Origin: Nymphaea colorata
Taxonomy: Eukaryota
Length of the DNA stretch: 64,000 nucleotides
Assembly: GCF_008831285.2 (NCBI RefSeq)
Contig: NC_045138.2
Location: 29,016,001 to 29,080,000 of the forward strand
Direction: 5' to 3'
Part shown: positions 51,132-64,000 of the stretch, in pieces
How the letters are laid out: each line of letters starts with the position of its first letter
Position numbering within the stretch: position 1 is the first letter of the stretch
Position numbers and translations under genes: made by a program
Notes under the pieces: model-generated
Told to the model about the DNA's origin: nothing
Database searches by the model: none
Seen by the model: the letters and a program-made list of their open reading frames with translations, nothing else

Positions 51132-54100
51132 TTTATCCTCTTCCTCTCTCTGGTGGTATGGAAACCTTTTTTTTTTCCTAAGTCGAGTACGGGATCCAAA
51201 TGAACCACTGAAGCCACTGCAGATAACAAAGTTGCTCTGCACTGCAGCTTCTCTTTTAGTTTCTTTCTATGTGGCAGTTGAATGACAACATTATTGGTCT
51301 TCTTTCTCCCTCGGACATCTCTGATATCGATTGGAATTATTGTAACTTCAGATTTGGCTCGTTTGGTGCCAGAAGAAAGATAAACAACAAGGGGAAAGGA
51401 AATTATGGGAGGATTTCATTATTGGCTCTCTGTCATTTACCAGAGGCAAGAGACTCGGAGAAGATTGCCTTCCTCCCTTGCTTCTTATTCGATGGAATTT
51501 CTGTCCTTACATTCTTGGTTGGTTTTGCCTGCAAATCTTTCACCTTCTCTCAGACTCTTGTTGCGGGCAAAGGACAAAGGAAACCGATGATTAAGACAGT
51601 GGAACAGCTCACAACCAGAGTAACATGCAACTACTGTACACCACAGCCAACCAAAAACCCTTTCAAAGCAAATCATGTTGCATGTGAGAGAATTTCCAAT
51701 TAGAGCAGTGTCATTTGTCATATATTCCATCAGGAATCATATATTTTCTAAATTCATGTCTCAAAACCGAACTTGCCAATTATATACACCTGAACATCAA
51801 GGTTTTGAGATATATTTTACGGTTAATGTAAGTATACTACTGTTGTACTTCAATTCTTAGATTTTTCTTCTTTTGTTTTTTGTCTTTTTGTGCTTGTGGC
51901 TGCAAGTTTGTCGAACAAAACTTGAGATCTTAATATCGAAAAAAAGTGGCATTATTAGCTAAAAAATAGCATGGATTTAATTAGTACCGGTGTCGGTAAC
52001 TTTTAATTTAATTAATGAGAAAAAATTTGGATGATTCTGAAACGTGCTCTTGGTCAAGTGAAGTTTATAAATTGATTGGCAGCAGACAGTTGAGTTGGAT
52101 GTCGGCAATGTGCTTTTACAAATCATAGTGCCGCTTTTGCAAAACTTGAAAAATATGAGGACTCCAAGGAAAATCTTTTCCGTGAATAAATTATCATCCC
52201 ACCAACCAAATAATGCAAAAGAAGCAATCCTTTTGACTGCGTCACGGTATTTACTGATTTGCCTTCTTGTGGTCCAATTATGCAAATTGTCTTAGATAAT
52301 TATTATGATTTGTTATAGTCTATTGTTTTTAATTCTCAACAACTTTTCATTCTTCCATTATATTTGATATAAATTTTGAATGTATCAGCTATCTACTAAT
52401 AAGGTTTTCCATCGAATTATGTCATTTAATTTCAAATTTATATGTTTTCTTTTGTTTGTTGTTTGATTGAAAAAATTATATCTGAGTTATAGGGCTTTGC
52501 TTTTGACTTGCCGTGACATGGGACTTTGTTGTTCGACCCGATAAAACCCCAAGGTTAGCACCCTCTGTAAGGTTCTATCATCTATGTCTGCTCTCTGACT
52601 TGTGTTATGATACCTATGAGAATCGAACTAGTGATTGGCCTTCTACCAGTTTGATGGTTTAAATCAAATTAATCACTTGGGACAACTTTGGACCTACAGT
52701 TGAAATTAGTACCTACAAATAATTTTTATGAAATGGACTTCGGACTTCATGTTCGGAAACTTTCAGCATATTTTTCAATTTATGTGCTTGTTGAAAAAAC
52801 TTTTTACATAACTTATTTTAAACATGAAATCATTTGTGCATGTCAAAAAAAAAAGATGACCTAATGACTCGATTGTAATAAATTGTTATTGTTTTATAAA
52901 TCTACTACAAAAAAAATGGGGCAGACTCATGGAAAATTGTGTTCAACTGTTTAATAAATTTACTCTAATTTTTAAGGTAAATTCATGAAATAGTAACAGT
53001 TTGTTATGGTTTTTAAATGATACCTAAATATTGATTGTTAAGTCTTGGTTGTAGATATCAATAAAATAAAATATAATATAATAAAATAAACATCATTGTG
53101 ATGAAAATAATAATAATATCTTTAGTATTAGCAAAAACCATGAATGTGTAAATAATAATCTCAAAAGGAAATGATATAGCCTCGATGCACCAACAAAAAA
53201 AGTATTTGCTGTCCTCTGATCAGTTGGAGTGCTCACATGATCTCCACTCTAGTTGAGGATGCTTTTAATATTTTCTATAAAAAAAGCGAGGAATCTTGCA
53301 ATAAATAAACTTTGCCATTGGAAAAATGGCATCACATGATTAGGCGCTCTGACTGAGAATGCCTAATGATGCTGAACACCAACTGCTCTTCACTTTTCTC
53401 CTCCTTTTCCTTTTCTGCAAGCCAAGTAAAACCTCTCATTATTGAATGTACTTTGGTAAGCCCATAACTGGTTGGACTGCTAAAAACTTCTGCAATGCTT
53501 TTTACTGGAGGAACATGTACTCTGACCCTTGATTTTGTAGTAAAATATTTCTTACTCTAAACTCGAAACCATATTTCTTGTGATTATTTCTTCCTGTTCT
53601 GCTTGGTAAATGAAGACAAATTGTAGTGAGGCCTTAATTTTTTGTTGTTGCCAACAATTGCACCACATTGAGTAATAAACAAGATTTATGCAACTAGAGG
53701 CTGATAAGTAAATTGAAGAGCAGGTTTAATTTGGTATTATTGAAGCAATGTCTTCTTCTGATCTGTTGTTCAAGTAACTAAAGGAACAGCATGAATGTTT
53801 TTCGAGCTACTTCGCTGGAAGGAAGGAAGCCACATGTATAAAGTTCTATATTTTCATATTGATGCATTCAATATTTTGCTTGTTTATGTATAATGATATT
53901 TTAATAAGCAGTTTGGCAACAATAACACATTGCTACTGTACAATGAAACTGCCTAAAAAAATATAACAGATATATCGAATTTTTGTTATCGTGTTTTATG
54001 AATCTGTCTCATTTTTTTAATAAAGTTGATGAAAGAATAACAAAGTGTTGCTATTGCGGTGTATTCTCAACGTCAAGGATGAAACCTATTCTCAAAGGCC

Positions 54101-55527
54101 TCATGAATGACTAATATTTCTATAAAAAAAATCTACTTTTTGTGTGTGTTTGAAAGTGTACTTTGCGATGAAACGTCTCAAAATATATTTTACATACATT
54201 TCATCTAAGTGGTTCCTGCAAATTGTGACAACTTGTCGTGTATGTTCCAATATTTAATATATTATAACGTGATGTCAAGGGTGGTGATAGAGAACGATGG
54301 AAGCCAAATTATACTAGTAGAGTTTATTTTGGAAAAATTCAGAGCACTAGCCCAAACATGGGACAATAAAATCCAGACTGTTTGTCCAGATTGAGGAGTA
54401 TACCAATTGGGCCAATCAGTTAAATGTCATTGGCAATGGTGAAATTTGGAGTTCACATTGATTCATGAAGAGATGTTGATTATAGTTGCAGAAGTTTGTT
54501 GGGAATTGAATAGATTAATACATACATGCCCATAAGTCCAATTGACGTTGGTTGATGAAGAGTGATGATGACTTGTTATGGCCTTGTATTATTTATTGTT
54601 CCTTGTGCAACTAACCAAATGGAGCCAAATTATACTTCAAAAGCATATGGATTAATGTGATAGGTATTATTGGACACTGATGTGCCCAATAAAATATAAT
54701 AAGACTATATATATTCTTATATATTAAATTGTGCATAGCATGTGCTTATATATCTATTTTAATGCAGTCCACTCATAAGAGTTTTGAACTCTTCAATTTA
54801 TTAAAATCTTATTTGTGCGTCCAGCTAAGGTGATCAATAGCTTTTTACAAGTTTGGGCTTTTCAGGATGGGACCCGCCTGATTGGAATTTTCAAAAAAAA
54901 AAAAAATACTTAAATTATTTTTATAAGCGTAACGTCGTAACAATTAATGCAATTATATTACGCCCAATCTAATCTCCTACTTTGGGAAAACCATCCGAAT
55001 TTTATGAAACATTTGATTAAATTTATATGAAAATTTGATAGTCTGACCTTTAAAGGCCATTAATGGCTTGGGCCTGAGTCGACCCAATTGGGCCCTCGAA
55101 TTCTTAACGGCTTAAGGCTTGGGTTAGGGGTGAGTTGTAAATTGTTGAGATTGTTAAATGCATTGTAGTTTTAAATGTATATCGAATTTGTTTCACGTTG
55201 TAAAAATATTTTGAGTTTAAAAAATAATTGGGCATTAATTAACAGCACCAGATATGTTTTTTTTTTTTCCCGAAAAACAATCAAATAAACAAATTTCCCT
55301 TTGTGAGTTGGATATTGGACCCATGTTTGGTATAATATCAGGTTTGACCAGGCCCAAACTTGAGTCACATTCATAAGGGGCCGTTTGATAGCATGAGATT
55401 TGAGATCCTCATAATCTGAGAATCTAGGATTTAAGATCTGATCTGTCTCAAATCCAACTCCTTTTCAATGCAAAGGAGTAAAAAAATAATTTCAAGTGTG
55501 GATCTTGAGTCTAACATAGGATCCATA

Positions 55528-55723
55528 TAGGGGCGGAGGGAGGGGGGCCCGCCTGGGCCATGGGCCCGGGTGAGCGCAGGAATTTTTTTTTTTTATATTG
55601 AACAAATCAAATTTTTTTAGTTTGGCCCGACCCGTCGCTTCTCTTAGCCCGACCTGTCGCTCCTCTTGGCCCGACCCGCGGACCGTTTGATCCGCCCCAA
55701 AAAAAAATCCTGACTCCGCATCG
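55528..55723. mobile_element. hAT-like MITE with perfect 8-bp TSD
   Basis: GATCCATA at 55520-55527 and 55724-55731. Imperfect TIRs TAGGGGCGGAG ... CTCCGCATCG. Internal ~22-bp repeats T.GCCCGACC.GTCGCT.CTCT. Confidence 0.8.
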
Positions 55724-56712
55724 GATCCATAGTTCGATGAACCATGGATTTTACCATGTATCATGAATTCCAAATATAGAATAATAAAACATCCTAAAAA
55801 AATTTGAGATATATTTATTAGACACTCACAAAGTGTTATTGCTGTCACATAACTCCATAAAAGACTACTACCCGATTCCTGATTCATGTGAGTGTCTAAA
55901 CCTACTTTGAATTAGATTCAAGCCGAAATCTTCAAAAGAAACCAAAGGTTTAATAGACTTTGTGCATATGTGTGTGTATGGACATGGAGGAAAATCACAT
56001 AATATTAAAATGTGAAGCTGTTTCTTTTGCTGATAAAACCTTTGTCTCCTTTGGCCAAATACAAACCTTGCCACAATAAATAACATTAGGCCTCTTGGAG
56101 ACCCTTTATGGTAAATAGTATGGCTTGCTTATATAGACATAAAACATAAATTTCAGATTCATTAACTTGCAAACAATATATTTATTTAACTAGGGAGAGC
56201 ATATGGTAAGAAGCAGTCATGGTGACTGATGTGGGTACTTGTTCACACCAGCAGTTTCTTAAAAGTTTTTTATTTTTAAATAATATATATATATATATAT
56301 ATAAATGCGTCACCAGATTTGAGTATTTTTAAACAAGTGTTCCTCCAATGGTAAGAAGAGAATGCGAAACTAGGAAGAAAAGTAAACAAGTCGACAGGAT
56401 CCAATACGAACTCAAAATTGGACTCATGTAATGCAAGTGAATTATAAGACTTCATAAATAGTATATGGTTTACGTATCAGAATTTGAATTCGAATACATT
56501 ATTTTATAGGAATGCCACCCGATAATACATGAAAGTCGCCAATGTTTCGAATCTGAATCTGATTCACTTACTTCCTGTTCTTGAGTTGCCTGTTGCCTGG
56601 ATCTGTGGATCCACGACAGTCGGGTTCAATCGGTTCCTTCTCGCTTTGAAACAGGACGCACACGACTCACACCACCAACCAACCAACTAATTCCTCCCTT
56701 CTCGTGAGGGAC

Positions 56713-56798
56713 ATTCTAGAGCCTTCCACAGCCAGACAAGATTGCCCGTCCTCTGAGCGAAGATCCAACGGTTCACAATCGCCCGAAGTTTCAAGAAA
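56713..56798. promoter_or_regulatory. Heat-shock elements in the CPN60B promoter
   Basis: Perfect nGAAnnTTCnnGAAn (CGAAGTTTCAAGAAA) at 56784-56798 and near-perfect ATTCTAGAGCCTTCC at 56713-56727, ~120-200 bp before a putative 5'-UTR exon donor (CCGAG|GTATC at 56915/56916). Confidence 0.7.
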
Positions 56799-58085
56799 CC
56801 CTCATCTTCTAAACCCTTAACTTCTCACCCTCAGGAACCCCCTCGAAGTCGTTTCTGTACTCAGCCGGCCACTCTATCCACTCGAAAGTCCGCTTCCATC
56901 CATCCTATCTCCGAGGTATCCACCCTCTCACCTTCCCTGGTTAACCCGCCTATCTGTCTCGTCTCTTGCCTCTTTCTAGTTTTCTGACTGGAAATCTTTA
57001 TATGACCAACATGTTTTTCTCTTTCTGTAAATGGGTTTCGACCATTTCGGTTTTTAGTGGCCCTTTTGGTGGATTTCTGTTCATATTTTCTAGGATCGGA
57101 TGGTTTTCTTCGTGTTTTCCTTCCGTTTGTCTTGTGGGTGTTCGTTTGGCAACGCCAACTTCATCATTTTTAGGATTAACACTTCGAAAGGATGGACCTT
57201 GCTGCTGTTAGTGTCACATGGACGGGACAATTCAAGCTTAAAATGAGTAAAATTTGTTTGTCTGGGCTGGCATTATTGGACAGATAATTGTTGTTGTACC
57301 GTATAAGGAGATGAGCCTTCTAGTGGGTAGTTTATTTTGTGATTGAGTTTTTTGGTATGGAGCGCTTTGTGACTGCATTTGTTAATGTTGAGCTGCACTT
57401 ATTTTTTGTGTTTATTTTAAGTTGGTTCGCTGCTACTCATTTGTGGGTGCCTCTGCTTTACTATGGTTTTTTTGGCTGTTCTTCTAAACACGCATTGAAA
57501 AATAAAAATTGGTGAATTGGGTTTTGAAATACTTGTTTTGTGTTGGGGAGGAAATGCTGCTGTTACCGCTCGAAGAGGAACTAAGCCGTTATGGCTCAGT
57601 TTGAAAGAGCTTATTAGAATTTGTGGAATGGGTTCTGCAAACTCGGGCCAAGCATCAACCGTTCAGCTCGTATAAGTCCGTTTACTGACAAGTGCTTACA
57701 TTTTTTTCGCCTAGTGTTAAGTTTCTGGTTTGCATATAATAAGACCAGAACTCAGATTCTACTGCTTACTACTTTGAAGTCTTTTTTATTGATGGGCTCG
57801 ACTGATGTTGGCTCAGTGATTAGTGGCCAAAGTCTACTAGCTTTAGCGTCACAAAAAATGTTAATGAGCCTACTAGAGTTTCCTCTCGTTACTCTTCTCG
57901 ATGCGATGTCTATCTCTCACTTTGGCTTGTTTACCGGCCCTAGCTGCAGTGCCTCAGTGACTCTCTTTCGCTCTTGTATGTAGGGCTATGATAGTTGGTG
58001 TACTGGATTCTTGTACTTCTAAGTTCTAAGTGAATTCGGTTTTGCGTTGGTGTTTTCTGCTTCAACTTTTCTTTTCTCTTTTGAA

Positions 58086-58391
58086 AACTAGTTTTCCATC
58101 TGCACTCTCTTACTCACTGCGTGCTACCTTCCCTTGTACAAAGGGAGGACAATAGTTTCTACTTTCTCGCCTTTTCTTTTGCAAGAACTAGTTTTCCATC
58201 TGCACTCTCTTACTCACTGCGTGCTACCTTCAATTGTACAAAGGGAGGACAATAGTTTCTACTTTCTCGCCTTTTCTTTTGCAAGAACTAGTTTTCCATC
58301 TGCACTCTCTTACTCACTGCGTGCTACCTTCAATTGTACAAAGGGAGGACAATAGTTTCTACTTTCTCGCCTTTTCTTTTGCAAGAACTAG
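58086..58391. repeat. Tandem repeat, 100-bp unit x3, in the inferred CPN60B 5'-UTR intron (56916-58779)
   Basis: AACTAG at 58086, 58186, 58286 and 58386. Copies 2 and 3 are identical; copy 1 differs at two bases (CCCTTG vs CAATTG). Confidence 0.95.
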
Positions 58392-58791
58392 CTTGTTAGG
58401 GAGTATCCGTGGCATTTCCCCACATGATTTGCTATTAGAGCTGGTAAAGGAACTCTCTAGAAGGGAGTCAGATAGGATTGTTGGTGATTGAAACTGGATA
58501 TATATATTTTTTTGTCTCGGATAGACATTCCTTTTGGCCGGAGAGGAGTTTCTGTCTCTTCTTGCTATTTTATTTTTGGGTACTTATTGACTATACTCAT
58601 ATGTTAAGCTTCTTTCCTTTTATTATATTTCTCAAATAATTTAATTGACTTGAGAAATATGAGGGATTGAAAGTTTGAAGGCATCGCCAACATTTATGCA
58701 TTTGTGTTGCCATCTTTGTTTCTGTTGGGTGTGGTCTGGTTCTTGGTTTGATGGTGTATAAAAATTGTGTTTGTTGTAGTTTTAATCGAGA

Positions 58792-63307
<4,516 letters not shown>

Positions 63308-64000
63308 ATAGGCTGGGTACCAGGCTAGCAAAGGCGCCACTAAGGGACTTCCCTGCGGAGGAATAAGATCCATGAAAGTGTAGATGTGGGTCCATCTTTT
63401 TTATTGTACACTGGATTTGCGCAAGTGATTAGGCTGGTTATTACGATGGTGGTAGTGAGATTACAATTTTGGTTGGGTTAGCTAAGCCAGAATCCGGCGG
63501 AGGGAAAGGCATGGGAGAATTTGTTTTGTAGCTTGCTTCAGTGAATGAAAAAAATGTGAGAGTTGATGTTCTACTGGCTTCATAATTTTGTGTCCTTGAG
63601 ATTCGACGTTCTACTGGCTTCAACGTTTTATGTGTATACCCATGAATTAATTGCCCCTTCTTTCAATGTTTTTTATGTGTTTAAATAGTTATGATATTTT
63701 ACAAAAAGGAAAACTTCTGAATGAAACAAAATAACGAGCGCGGGGTTAATCTTGTTCCTGCTTAAATTGCACGTAAAAGACGCGGTTAAATGAAAGTAAA
63801 TCAAACCGATTGTCTTCCTTTTGTTATATCACCAAAAGGTTCTGTATTTTTAAAATTATAAGAGTTCTGTACGAATTCTTGTACGAAAACGTAAGGAAAC
63901 TATAAAGATTCGTACTGGGATGTGATTGTGAGTGGTTGAGTGAGAGAAATGAATATGAATGAAAAATCTAGGATGTAACAACGTGGAAAATAAATGAACT

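Noticed and set aside
51269..51703. 144-aa plus-strand ORF in the unc-13/CPN60B intergenic region
   Set aside because: No recognisable family or coding-like composition; could be chance.
58086..58391. Regular repeats as a CRISPR-like array
   Set aside because: Units are contiguous near-identical copies with no unique spacers, inside an intron of a eukaryotic gene.

Overview
Gene-dense plant (angiosperm-type) nuclear DNA with spliceosomal GT-AG introns, not prokaryotic. I can reconstruct seven intact spliced genes by hand: a class-A GATA transcription factor (+), splicing factor SF3B2 (+, 18 exons), a small 101-aa three-exon gene that the ORF track does not show as a unit (+), nucleoporin NUP35 (+), an SDS22/PP1-regulatory LRR protein (+), an unc-13-like DUF810 protein (-) and plastid chaperonin CPN60 beta (+, 14 coding exons). 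There is also an intronless PLS-class PPR-DYW editing-factor gene (-) with three separate inactivating lesions. Intergenic and intronic DNA holds a decayed LINE, several hAT-like and Tourist-like MITEs, short tandem duplications and microsatellites. I found no clearly new biological system. The best leads are the PPR-DYW pseudogene, the hidden small gene, two possible splicing-feedback features in SF3B2 (a U12-like intron and a candidate poison exon), and four same-terminus MITEs packed into one intron. Exon coordinates were read by eye and family assignments come from motif recognition, not database searches.
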